From Peptococcaceae bacterium SCADC1_2_3 (lineage in GTDB: Bacteria; Bacillota; Desulfotomaculia; Desulfotomaculales; Nap2-2B): DNA of 64,000 bases. How positions within the stretch are numbered: the first letter of the stretch is position 1; the number at the start of each line of letters is the position of its first letter. Of this stretch, positions 17,882 through 26,174 are shown one piece after another. A program made the translations under genes and the position numbers. Under the pieces are notes generated by a model. The model was not told the DNA's origin, did not search any database, and was given only the letters and a program-made list of their open reading frames with translations. The stretch is from positions 12,917 through 76,916 of the forward strand of contig JJNX02000003.1 of NCBI GenBank assembly GCA_000681355.2. Direction: 5' to 3'.

Positions 17882-18286
17882 TTAAGAGCTCAAGCTTATT
17901 CCCGCCATTCCCCCGGTAATGCCGGCTGCCAAAGCTAGGACAAGCTTTAACCCTAAGGGAGCCATGGATATGGAAAAGGAAAAAAATACGGCCGCCGTAA
18001 TTAAAGCCAGCAAAAGGAAAAGCACTGCTACCCCTAAGCCGTGGAATACTCCTTTATTTTTTGCTTGTTGAGCGGTCCACCCGGCCCCTAAAAAAACGCT
18101 AAGAAAAAATAAGCCGTTTATTAACCAGGGCAAACTGCTTTCGGTAAAATTAGCAAAATAATAAACAAGCCCAATAATAACACTCCCCAAAATAGATACA
18201 GCCAAACTTAACAAGGTCCCTTTAATTATAGCCAGCCAGTTTAGGAAAGCACTCCGTTCTTGTTTTAAAACAACCACCTTTTTCAC
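17882..18286 (-). CDS. TIGR04086/YrzE-like small integral membrane protein
   Basis: 134 aa with 4 predicted TM segments and a glycine-rich C-terminal TM (LALAAGITGGMAGISLSS). Its 3' 69 nt form DR-A copy 2. Confidence 0.6.
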   Translation of the reverse strand: MKKVVVLKQERSAFLNWLAIIKGTLLSLAVSILGSVIIGLVYYFANFTESSLPWLINGLFFLSVFLGAGWTAQQAKNKGVFHGLGVAVLFLLLALITAAVFFSFSISMAPLGLKLVLALAAGITGGMAGISLSS

Positions 18287-18356
18287 CTCTTGCCTTTAGA
18301 ATAAAATAAAAGATTTGTAACCGGAGAATATTTTAATATTTGTAACTACCCAGGTT

Positions 18357-18385
18357 CAAAGGCACAAAGGCACAAAGGCACAAAG
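18357..18385. repeat. Octamer array CAAAGGCA x3
   Basis: caaaggcacaaaggcacaaaggcacaaag, partly complementary to the ctttgctcctctgtgcct repeats nearby. Confidence 0.8.
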
Positions 18386-18386
18386 T

Positions 18387-18424
18387 GTTTTCATTCCCCT
18401 TTGCTCCTCTGTGCCTACCTGAAT
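18387..18424. repeat. Direct repeat copy 1 (leader plus first 3 codons of the four-helix-bundle gene)
   Basis: gttttcattcccctttgctcctctgtgcctacctgaat recurs at 18591-18643 with a 14-nt internal duplication. Confidence 0.85.
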
Positions 18425-18590
18425 AGAGTTTCGACCATAACCTTCCGCCATGTTGCTGGGAATTGAAATCGCGCAACGTCTCATTTGAGAAGTTAATCCG
18501 TAAACTTCATCCTTGGGAAACCCTTTAGAAATCTTATATATTTCAGTAACTAAAGTCATTGATTTTTGCCAGACTTGCAGATCTCTATAT

Positions 18591-18643
18591 GTTTTCATTC
18601 CCCTTTGCTCCTCTGTGCCTTTGCCCCTCTGTGCCTACCTGAA
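18591..18643. repeat. Direct repeat copy 2 (leader of the four-helix-bundle gene)
   Basis: gttttcattcccctttgctcctctgtgcctttgcccctctgtgcctacctgaat. Confidence 0.85.
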
Positions 18644-18810
18644 TGGTTATATTAATTCTATGTAATAAACTAAAGAAAATATAACCTTTAAACCAGAAAA
18701 TAAAGCAGTCGAAAAATTGGAAAATGTGTTGGTAAATTTTGCTTTAAATAAGCAGGAAATTAAAGGAGGTAAAGAGAAATAATGTATTGAGGAGGGATGT
18801 TGAAGTGCTT

Positions 18811-19770
18811 ATGTCAACTAGATTACAAAGAGTATTTGCCAAAGGGGCTTTAGGGCGGGTAATAGCCTTAGTATTGGAGGTTTTGGGGGCGGAAGAGCAA
18901 GCCTTACGTTGGGTTGACCGCAGCTTAAAATGGGTTTCTGAACCGGCCCAGGTACACTTACAGGCTACCAGACTTTGCTTAAAAAGAGGCCGGGTAGACC
19001 AGGCAATATGGCACTGGAGAAAAGCAGTTGGTGAAGAGCAAAGTAAGGCTAGTTTACTTTACTGGTTAAAGCGTACCAATTACCTCCCTGATTCACCGGC
19101 GTATTTAGTTTCTTTCCCAGGTAAGCTCAATTCCTATGTTCCTCACGGCAGGCTTGACTCTTGCGTTCTTCTTTTTAACTTAAGCCTGGTCTTAAGCAAG
19201 ACAGGCTGCCACCAAAAAGCGCTGGAATATTACCAGCTTTTACAGGCAGAAGGTATGAACACCGTAGAGTTATTAAACAATAAGGGCTATAATCTTTATC
19301 ATCTGGGGCGTTACGAAGAGGCTGTTTTATGTTACGAACTGGCCAGGGAAATGGTTTCAGGAAACGGATTATTACTAACCAACCTGGCTGCCTGTTACCA
19401 GCGGTTAAAAATCTACCCGCAAGCCATAAAACATTACGAAGCCGCCCTGCAAGGTGCGGCTGATGATCCTATAACCCTTAATAATTATGCTTGTTGTTTA
19501 GTGGAAATAGGCCGGTCCGAAGAAGCGCTTGAAATATATAACCGGGCCTTAGTGGTTTCTCCTGGCAATAAAACTTATTTGTTAAATAAAGCCGTTTGTT
19601 TATTTATCCTCCAGCGCAATAAAGATTCAATGATTATTTGTGATCAGGTTTTGGCCCAAGAACCTTATTGTTTTGAGGCCTGGGGGCTACGGGGTAATTT
19701 ATTAAATGTAACCGGTCAATCCAAAGAAGCTGCAGTTTGCTATAGCCGGGCTTTAGGGCTGGCCTGTTGA
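18811..19770 (+). CDS. Tetratricopeptide repeat protein
   Basis: Repeated 34-aa TPR-like units (YNLGRYEEAVLCYELA, YQRLKIYPQAIKHYEAAL, GRSEEALEIYNRAL, GQSKEAAVCYSRAL). The start may instead be 18787 or 18805. Confidence 0.7.
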   Translation: MSTRLQRVFAKGALGRVIALVLEVLGAEEQALRWVDRSLKWVSEPAQVHLQATRLCLKRGRVDQAIWHWRKAVGEEQSKASLLYWLKRTNYLPDSPAYLVSFPGKLNSYVPHGRLDSCVLLFNLSLVLSKTGCHQKALEYYQLLQAEGMNTVELLNNKGYNLYHLGRYEEAVLCYELAREMVSGNGLLLTNLAACYQRLKIYPQAIKHYEAALQGAADDPITLNNYACCLVEIGRSEEALEIYNRALVVSPGNKTYLLNKAVCLFILQRNKDSMIICDQVLAQEPYCFEAWGLRGNLLNVTGQSKEAAVCYSRALGLAC

Positions 19771-20417
19771 CGTACAACAGGGATGAATTTTTGATCTAAA
19801 CGCCGTAAAAACCTGGCCAGGAAATAAAAAAGGAATGTAATCATAATCTTTATCCCGGCAACTAAAAGATATCCTGTCCGGACGGTAAAGACGCTGTTTA
19901 TTAAAAAAACGAAAGCAGGTTTAGAAAAATCAGGCGTTACGACCACCACTGGTTTAGTTGCGGACAGACCTAAATAATGATAAATTATAGCTAGAACTAG
20001 CCCTTTAATTGACCATACCCAACCTAACGCCATAGCAGTTAAGGCTGCATCAGGCAGACCAATTTTCGTCTGCCAGTAAAGTTGTTGAGGTTTTAATTTT
20101 TTTATAAAAAATAACATAACCGGGAATAGTTTTAATAACAAGGGCCGGTAATAGACAATAAACTGATAAACATCCCCCAGGGGTAAATCGGGGCGTTTCT
20201 TTTTTCCCTCGCCTTTAAATTTATTTTTAAGAAATAATCTCCGGTAAACACGTATCCCGGGCCATAGTTTTATTTCCAGCCAAAAATAACTATTTTCCCC
20301 CTGGTAAAAATAACGCAGCTTTATTCTTAAGGGGATTAAAATAAAAACTAAACCGAAAATAAAAAGTAAGCTGATTAAAGATAAAGAAATAAATAATCCG
20401 AAAGACATAATTTTCAT
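19740..20417 (-). CDS. Hypothetical membrane protein (DUF2953-like impression)
   Basis: 225 aa with an N-terminal TM and further hydrophobic segments. Convergent 31-nt overlap with the TPR gene. Confidence 0.4.
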   Translation of the reverse strand: MKIMSFGLFISLSLISLLFIFGLVFILIPLRIKLRYFYQGENSYFWLEIKLWPGIRVYRRLFLKNKFKGEGKKKRPDLPLGDVYQFIVYYRPLLLKLFPVMLFFIKKLKPQQLYWQTKIGLPDAALTAMALGWVWSIKGLVLAIIYHYLGLSATKPVVVVTPDFSKPAFVFLINSVFTVRTGYLLVAGIKIMITFLFYFLARFLRRLDQKFIPVVRQQASPKARL

Positions 20418-20464
20418 CTCTTTTCTTCTTGCGTTTATTTTACCTTTGGAGGTATTATTTTATT

Positions 20465-20845
20465 ATGTACGAAATAACCGTTAAAAAAACTTTTGCGGCG
20501 GCGCACCGCTTGCCTGGTTACAAAGGACGGTGTGCTGCCGTGCACGGACATACCTGGACGGTAGAAGTCTCGGTGGCCGGAGTATCTTTAGATGAAAACG
20601 GTATGCTTATTGATTTTATCCAGCTTAAAGAAATAGTGACGCAAATTACCCGGGATTTTGACCACCAGTACTTAAACGATTTAAAATTAGCCGATTCAGT
20701 AGTTACCACTCACCCTACGGCAGAAAATCTAGCGCGTTATATTTTTAAGCAGTTAGGTAGATTACTGCCGCCTAACCTTAGTTTAACCAAAGTAAAGGTG
20801 TGGGAATCAGCAGAAACTGCTGCTTCTTACCAGGAGGGGGTTTAG
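20465..20845 (+). CDS. queD: 6-carboxy-5,6,7,8-tetrahydropterin synthase
   Basis: FAAAHRLPGYKGRCAAVHGHTWTVEV motif. ATG follows GGAGG. Confidence 0.85.
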   Translation: MYEITVKKTFAAAHRLPGYKGRCAAVHGHTWTVEVSVAGVSLDENGMLIDFIQLKEIVTQITRDFDHQYLNDLKLADSVVTTHPTAENLARYIFKQLGRLLPPNLSLTKVKVWESAETAASYQEGV

Positions 20846-21517
20846 TTGCTTTTGAAAAGCGTAATTTTGCTTTCTGGCGGCCTTGATTCTACCGTTTCTT
20901 TAGCCCAGGCCATGCGGGAAAGCAAAGCGGAACTTTGTTTAACCATGGATTATGGTCAACGGGCGGCCCCCCGGGAGATAAAAGCCGCTAAGGAAATTTG
21001 CCTTTATTACCATATACCCCATCAGGTGATAGAATTACCTTTTTTAAAACAAATTACGCGTACGGCTTTAGTTAACCGGGAAGTTAAAATACCAGAACCG
21101 GTAGAAGAAAGTTTAAACGACCTAACCATTACCCGGGATACAGCGACTGCGGTTTGGGTCCCCAACCGCAATGGTTTGTTTATTAACCTGGCGGCTTGTT
21201 TTGCGGAAAGCCTGGACTGCAACTTGATTGTGACCGGCTTTAACCGGGAAGAGGCCGCTACTTTTCCCGATAACAGTGAAGATTTTGTTCACGCCGTTAA
21301 CCAAGCCTTAAATTTTACGCTCACCTCCCGTAAGGTGAAGGTGGTCAGTTACACCCAAAGATTGGATAAAGTAGAAATCGTTTATTTAGGACAGCGCCTG
21401 GGAATTCCCTGGGACTTATTATGGAGTTGCTATTTTGGCGGGCAAGTGGCTTGCGGACAGTGTGAAAGCTGTCTTCGTTACAGGCGGGCTTGTAAATCAG
21501 CAAATCTTTCTTTATAA
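20846..21517 (+). CDS. queC: 7-cyano-7-deazaguanine synthase
   Basis: VILLSGGLDSTV PP-loop and C-terminal Cys cluster CGQCESCLRYRRAC. Confidence 0.9.
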   Translation: MLLKSVILLSGGLDSTVSLAQAMRESKAELCLTMDYGQRAAPREIKAAKEICLYYHIPHQVIELPFLKQITRTALVNREVKIPEPVEESLNDLTITRDTATAVWVPNRNGLFINLAACFAESLDCNLIVTGFNREEAATFPDNSEDFVHAVNQALNFTLTSRKVKVVSYTQRLDKVEIVYLGQRLGIPWDLLWSCYFGGQVACGQCESCLRYRRACKSANLSL

Positions 21518-21527
21518 TGGCTTTATA

Positions 21528-22097
21528 ATGACTATGTATACTTATTTTTTTCCGGAAAGATTATTATATGATGGTATCCAGTTAACTTCTTTATGGGCCT
21601 TGCGGAATTTTCGCCTGCAAGGGGACAGTATTGTTAGTTTTCGAGGCCCCTGCCGGGTGGATTGCCCCGCGCTGGTTGACGTAAAAGATGTTCTTGATCA
21701 AGCGCCTATTTTTAGTGAAGATATGCTGCATTTTATTGTGGAACATTTTGAGCTAGATTTAACTAAAACTATTTTACGGCAACGGATTTTAATATCCTTG
21801 ATTAAAGAAATTTTAGAAACAAAAGGAAGCCTAAACTTTAACCGCCGCGGTGATGACCTCTTTATAGGAGAAAAAAAGCTTTCGGTTTCTATTGCTACCC
21901 TTACGCCGGTATCCACTATGATTCATACCGGCTTAAATGCAACCAGTGAAAATACTCCGGTGGCAACCGTAGGACTTTTGGAAGTAGGTTGGACCGAAAA
22001 AGAGCTTCCGGTCCTGGCAGAGCTAATCTGTCAGTCATACGCCCGTGAAATGCAGGAAGTACAGCAAGCCCGCTGTAAAGTGAGGGGTGTGGGGTAA
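21528..22097 (+). CDS. Conserved hypothetical protein embedded in the preQ0 operon (resembles DUF366, from memory)
   Basis: 189 aa from ATG 21528. No recognisable catalytic motif. Tightly packed between queC and queE. Confidence 0.5.
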   Translation: MTMYTYFFPERLLYDGIQLTSLWALRNFRLQGDSIVSFRGPCRVDCPALVDVKDVLDQAPIFSEDMLHFIVEHFELDLTKTILRQRILISLIKEILETKGSLNFNRRGDDLFIGEKKLSVSIATLTPVSTMIHTGLNATSENTPVATVGLLEVGWTEKELPVLAELICQSYAREMQEVQQARCKVRGVG

Positions 22098-22151
22098 ATA
22101 AGAGGGGAGACTACCGGGGTCGCGTGTTCTTTAAGGGAAATCTTTTCTTCT

Positions 22152-22853
22152 ATGCAGGGGGAAGGTTTGGCCTTAGGGCAGCGCCATATTTTTTTACGTT
22201 TTCCTGCTTGCAACCTTAATTGTGCTTATTGCGATACTCCCCGGGACCCTTGCCCTACTTTTTGTTGCTGGGAGCGTACGCCAGGGAAACGGGATTTTGC
22301 TTTTTTGCCTAACCCGCTTACGCCAGACCAAATCATGGCGACCGTGAATAAATGGGACTTGACTTTGCACCACGCGTTTAGCTTAACCGGGGGGGAGCCC
22401 CTTTTGTACGTGGATTTTTTAACCCGGTTAATTCCCTTATTAACCGGGACCCGGGAGGGCATTTATCTGGAAACTAATGGTACTCTGCCGGAGCAGCTAA
22501 AGCGAATTATTTCATTAGTAAATATAATTGCCATGGACTTTAAGTTACCAAGTTCTTCTTGTTTACCGCCGTTTTGGGAAAAACACCAACAGTTTTTAAG
22601 TGTGGCGCAGCAAAAAGATGTTTTTGTAAAAATTGTGGTTACGGAAAATACTACTGATGCGGAAATAAAACAGGCCCTTAAAGTAATTAAAGCGGTAAAG
22701 GAAGTAGCTGTAATTATTCAGCCCGTAACCTTGCCTGCCAACAGACCAGGGGTTAGTCCGGCAAGAATACTGGCCATTCAGGAACTGGCTTTGCGTGAAC
22801 TACGGGAGGTCAGGATAATTCCCCAGGTCCACAAGTGGTTACAACAACTTTAA
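22152..22853 (+). CDS. queE: 7-carboxy-7-deazaguanine synthase (radical SAM). Annotated from the first ATG, but the conserved N-terminus extends upstream (see finding).
   Basis: QGEG...FLRFPACNLNCAYCDT radical SAM cluster motif. The conserved LREIFSS segment is encoded in frame upstream of the ATG. Confidence 0.85.
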   Translation: MQGEGLALGQRHIFLRFPACNLNCAYCDTPRDPCPTFCCWERTPGKRDFAFLPNPLTPDQIMATVNKWDLTLHHAFSLTGGEPLLYVDFLTRLIPLLTGTREGIYLETNGTLPEQLKRIISLVNIIAMDFKLPSSSCLPPFWEKHQQFLSVAQQKDVFVKIVVTENTTDAEIKQALKVIKAVKEVAVIIQPVTLPANRPGVSPARILAIQELALRELREVRIIPQVHKWLQQL

Positions 22854-22881
22854 ATAAATTGGGGGGGGAAAATTAAATTAA

Positions 22882-23445
22882 ATGATTGACCGGCCAAAGG
22901 TAGAACAAGCAGTACGCTTATTTTTAGAAGCAATTGGCGAAGACCCTGACCGGGAAGGCTTACGGGAAACACCTGCCCGGGTGGCCAGCATGTGTCAGGA
23001 AATTTTTTGCGGTCTATGGGAAGATCCCCAGGTACACTTGCAAACCATTATTTCCGAAGAACATGACGAAATGATTTTAGTTAAAGATATTCCCCTTTAC
23101 GCTATTTGTGAGCACCACTTGTTACCTTTTTTTGGCAAGGCGCACGTGGCTTATATTCCCCAACATAACAAACTGACAGGTCTTTCCAAGTTAGCCCGGG
23201 TAGTCACGGGTTTTTGTAAGCGTCCACAGATACAAGAACGACTAACCACCCAAGTAGCCGATACTATTGATACTAAACTTAGCCCCATGGGCGTACTGGT
23301 TATAATTGAAGCCGAACATATGTGCATGACTATGCGGGGGGTAAAGAAACCTGGTTCAAAAACAATTACTTCGGCCGTGCGCGGCGTTTTCCGTAAAAAT
23401 GCCGTTACCAGGGCTGAAGCTCTGGCGTTAATTAAAGACAAATAA
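22882..23445 (+). CDS. folE: GTP cyclohydrolase I
   Basis: 187 aa with [18 protein letters not shown] and HMCMTMRGV motifs. Confidence 0.9.
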   Translation: MIDRPKVEQAVRLFLEAIGEDPDREGLRETPARVASMCQEIFCGLWEDPQVHLQTIISEEHDEMILVKDIPLYAICEHHLLPFFGKAHVAYIPQHNKLTGLSKLARVVTGFCKRPQIQERLTTQVADTIDTKLSPMGVLVIIEAEHMCMTMRGVKKPGSKTITSAVRGVFRKNAVTRAEALALIKDK

Positions 23446-23522
23446 AAAGACAAATAAAATGTACGAATCTGATTCTGGTTGCCGTACATTTATTAAATTA
23501 ATGAAGGGAGATTAGGGTTAAA

Positions 23523-23747
23523 ATGGGAGAGAAAAAAGTTACTGCTCCTTTACCGGGAACTATATTAAAAATTAAAGTGGACGTTGGTCAAAAGGTTTCA
23601 CCAAGAGATGTAATCTTAATTATTGAAGCAATGAAAATGGAAAATGAAATTGATGCTTTGGTTAGTGGTGAGGTAAAAGAAGTCTATGTTAAAGAAAGGC
23701 AGACTGTGAAGGCAGGGGCGCCATTAGTATCTATATCTATAAGTTAA
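23523..23747 (+). CDS. Biotin carboxyl carrier (biotinyl domain) subunit of a decarboxylase
   Basis: 74 aa with the EAMKMENEI biotinylation motif. Confidence 0.8.
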   Translation: MGEKKVTAPLPGTILKIKVDVGQKVSPRDVILIIEAMKMENEIDALVSGEVKEVYVKERQTVKAGAPLVSISIS

Positions 23748-23869
23748 GCTTTTTTATTAAAATTGGTGCCCCTGCAATATAGAATGTGATAGTAGATTTT
23801 TTTTTGGGCGTAATTTATTACGATAAATAAAGCTAAGCCAAAAATAATAAACCTAAGGAGGTATAAATA

Positions 23870-24019
23870 GTGGTTGACTGGTTAAATGCCTTGACAATAG
23901 CCGTGACGGGAATCGTTTCTGTATTTCTAGTATTGGGTATTTTAAGTATAGTTGTTAGCTTATCTGGCCGTTACTTTATCCGTAAAGAAAAAGAGCAACC
24001 TGAACAAAGTGAGGGATGA
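23870..24019 (+). CDS. OadG/MmdD-like small membrane subunit of a Na+-translocating decarboxylase
   Basis: 49-aa ORF below the track cutoff (VVDWLNALTIAVTGIVSVFLVLGILSIVVSLSGRYFIRKEKEQPEQSEG). GTG follows AAGGAGG. ATGA overlap with the beta subunit gene. Confidence 0.5.
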   Translation: MVDWLNALTIAVTGIVSVFLVLGILSIVVSLSGRYFIRKEKEQPEQSEG

Positions 24020-25146
24020 GGAATGAACTTATGCTAGAACAGTTTTTAGAAGCTTTTCAAGGAATAGGCATACTCAACCTTAGTTGGGGAAATATGGCAA
24101 TGTGGGTTATTGCTTTTGCTCTTCTATACTTGGCTATTAAAAAGGGAGTTGAACCATTATTATTAGTACCTATTGGGTTTGGTATATTTGCTGCTAATTT
24201 CCCCTTTACCGGGCTGATGGATGAAGGTGGGCTTTTTTATATCTTTTATCATTATGGTATTGAAAATGAACTGATTCCACCTCTTATTTTTCTTGGTTTA
24301 GGAGCAATGACTGACTTCGGACCGGTAATCGCCAACCCTAAAACATTTTTGCTGGGGGCAGCCGCCCAACTAGGGGTTTATGTGGCGTTTTTTATGGCCT
24401 TATTACTTGGTTTTAGTATTCCAGAGGCGGCTTCAATTGGTATCATTGGAGGAGCTGATGGACCCACTACTATTTATCTGACAGCTAACCTTGCCCCTCA
24501 CTTATTGGGAACAACAGCGGTAGCAGCATATTCTTACATGGCTTTGGTACCCATTATTATCCCACCTATAGCCAGGCTTTTAACTACAACAAAAGAACGG
24601 GCTATGGTAATGGAGCAAATGAGAGAAGTTAGCAAAGGAGAAAGAATTATTTTCCCCATATTAGCCAGCATTGTAATTATATTGTTGGTACCAAAGTCTG
24701 CGCCGCTCATTACCATGTTTATGTTAGGTAACCTGTTTACGGAATCAGGTGTAGTAGAACGCCTTGCTAACGTATCTCGAGAAGCATTGATAAACATTGT
24801 GACTATTATACTTGGTGTTGGAATAGGAGCTACTATGTCAGCGGAAAACTTTTTAAATCCTAAAACCATTTATATTTTTATCTTAGGTGTAATTGCCTTT
24901 GCCTTTGCTGTTGCTGGCGGGGTTCTTTTAGCTAAATTTATGAATCTATTTATAAAAAATAAGGTAAATCCTCTTATTGGTGCGGCTGGTGTTTCTGCTG
25001 TGCCTATGGCTGCCAGGGTGGTACAGAACATGGGTAGAGAAGCCAACCGGGATAATTTCTTGCTTATGCATGCCATGGGGCCCAATGTAGCTGGAGTTAT
25101 TGGTACTGCAGTAGCTGCAGGAGTATTTCTAAGTATTATTAAGTAG
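24016..25146 (+). CDS. Sodium ion-translocating decarboxylase beta subunit (OadB/GcdB/MmdB family)
   Basis: 376-aa polytopic membrane protein with the family-typical IIGGADGPT and GAAGVSAVPMAARV segments. Confidence 0.85.
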   Translation: MRNELMLEQFLEAFQGIGILNLSWGNMAMWVIAFALLYLAIKKGVEPLLLVPIGFGIFAANFPFTGLMDEGGLFYIFYHYGIENELIPPLIFLGLGAMTDFGPVIANPKTFLLGAAAQLGVYVAFFMALLLGFSIPEAASIGIIGGADGPTTIYLTANLAPHLLGTTAVAAYSYMALVPIIIPPIARLLTTTKERAMVMEQMREVSKGERIIFPILASIVIILLVPKSAPLITMFMLGNLFTESGVVERLANVSREALINIVTIILGVGIGATMSAENFLNPKTIYIFILGVIAFAFAVAGGVLLAKFMNLFIKNKVNPLIGAAGVSAVPMAARVVQNMGREANRDNFLLMHAMGPNVAGVIGTAVAAGVFLSIIK

Positions 25147-25178
25147 TTTCTTCTGGAGACTATTTTTGGAGGTTGTTT

Positions 25179-25931
25179 ATGCGCATTCTAATTAGTAATG
25201 ATGACGGTATTCAGGCTGAAGGGCTAAAGGCTCTGATTAATAGTTTGCAGGAAGTAGAAGATATTGAATTATATGTAGCTGCTCCCGACCGGGAGCGCAG
25301 CGCGGCCGGCCACGGGATTACGGTTCACCGTCCCTTGCGCGTAAAAACGGTAGATATTTCTTTTGGTCAGGAATGGGCGGTAGACGGAACGCCGGCTGAT
25401 TGTGTTAAGTTGGCCATTGAAGCTTTGCTGCCTGAACCGCCAGATTTAGTCATAACCGGAATTAATCAAGGTCCAAATTTGGGAACGGATGTTTTGTATT
25501 CAGGAACAGTTTCGGCCGCCATTGAAGGAGTAATTAATGGTTTTCAATCCCTGGCGGTATCCTTAGCCAGTTATACTTACCATGATTTTGCCCTGGCCCA
25601 AAATTTTATTAAACAAGTGCTATCCCTGATTAAGAAAAGGGGAATTCCCTCAGGCACCCTCTTAAATATAAATATTCCGGCCGGACATTGGCGCGGGGTT
25701 AAAATTACCAGACTTGGTAACCGGCGGTACATTAACGTTTTTGATAAACGCACCGATCCCCGCGGGCGGATTTACTACTGGATGGGTGGGCAACCTATGG
25801 ATATAGAGGATAATAATAACAACGATACAGACGTAGGTGCCATAAAAGCCCAGTATATTTCCATTACCCCTATCCAATTGGATTTAACAGACTACCGTAC
25901 CATTATAAAATTGCAGCATTGGCCCTGGTAG
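25179..25931 (+). CDS. surE: 5'/3'-nucleotidase SurE
   Basis: MRILISNDDGI N-terminus and GINQGPNLGTDVLYSGTVSAA. Confidence 0.9.
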   Translation: MRILISNDDGIQAEGLKALINSLQEVEDIELYVAAPDRERSAAGHGITVHRPLRVKTVDISFGQEWAVDGTPADCVKLAIEALLPEPPDLVITGINQGPNLGTDVLYSGTVSAAIEGVINGFQSLAVSLASYTYHDFALAQNFIKQVLSLIKKRGIPSGTLLNINIPAGHWRGVKITRLGNRRYINVFDKRTDPRGRIYYWMGGQPMDIEDNNNNDTDVGAIKAQYISITPIQLDLTDYRTIIKLQHWPW

Positions 25932-26002
25932 TAAGCAGGTTAATATGTTAAAATAAGGCGGAAAAAAATAAAAATAAACGGCATAAAGTAACATAATTTA
26001 CT

Positions 26003-26038
26003 AACTCTGGCATTATATAATGGGGACAGAGTTTTTTT
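26003..26038 (+). terminator. Rho-independent terminator after surE
   Basis: aactctg...cagagtt stem followed by a T run. Confidence 0.55.
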
Positions 26039-26174
26039 ATTTTCCAGGTATATTTCTTATACCCAGGCATATATTGATGAAAATAAATATTAAGACAGGC
26101 GCAATCGCAGGAATAAAATTCCTTTTTAAGGGTGATCAGTAAATTTCTCGCTTCTTTTGAAAAGGGGTTGAATA

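Larger units (their letters stand above)
18356..18598 (-). pseudogene. Four-helix-bundle protein (23S rRNA intervening-sequence protein family), truncated
   Basis: MKTYRDLQVWQKSMTLVTEIYKISKGFPKDEVYGLTSQMRRCAISIPSNMAEGYGRNS matches the first half of the family. The remainder is read through a repeat copy. Confidence 0.6.

Noticed and set aside
20418-20464. preQ1 riboswitch upstream of queD
   Set aside because: The leader is only about 45 nt and AT-rich, with no hairpin or ACUA-type tail resembling preQ1-I.
21435-21527. Track start of the unknown preQ0-operon ORF at 21435 (220 aa)
   Set aside because: That start overlaps the last 80 nt of queC. ATG 21528, just after the queC stop, is more plausible, though this is unproven.
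23459-23492. Hairpin aaatgtacg...cgtacattt after folE considered as a terminator
   Set aside because: It has a perfect 9-bp stem, but the loop is 17 nt and there is no U-tract. I left it unannotated as too uncertain.
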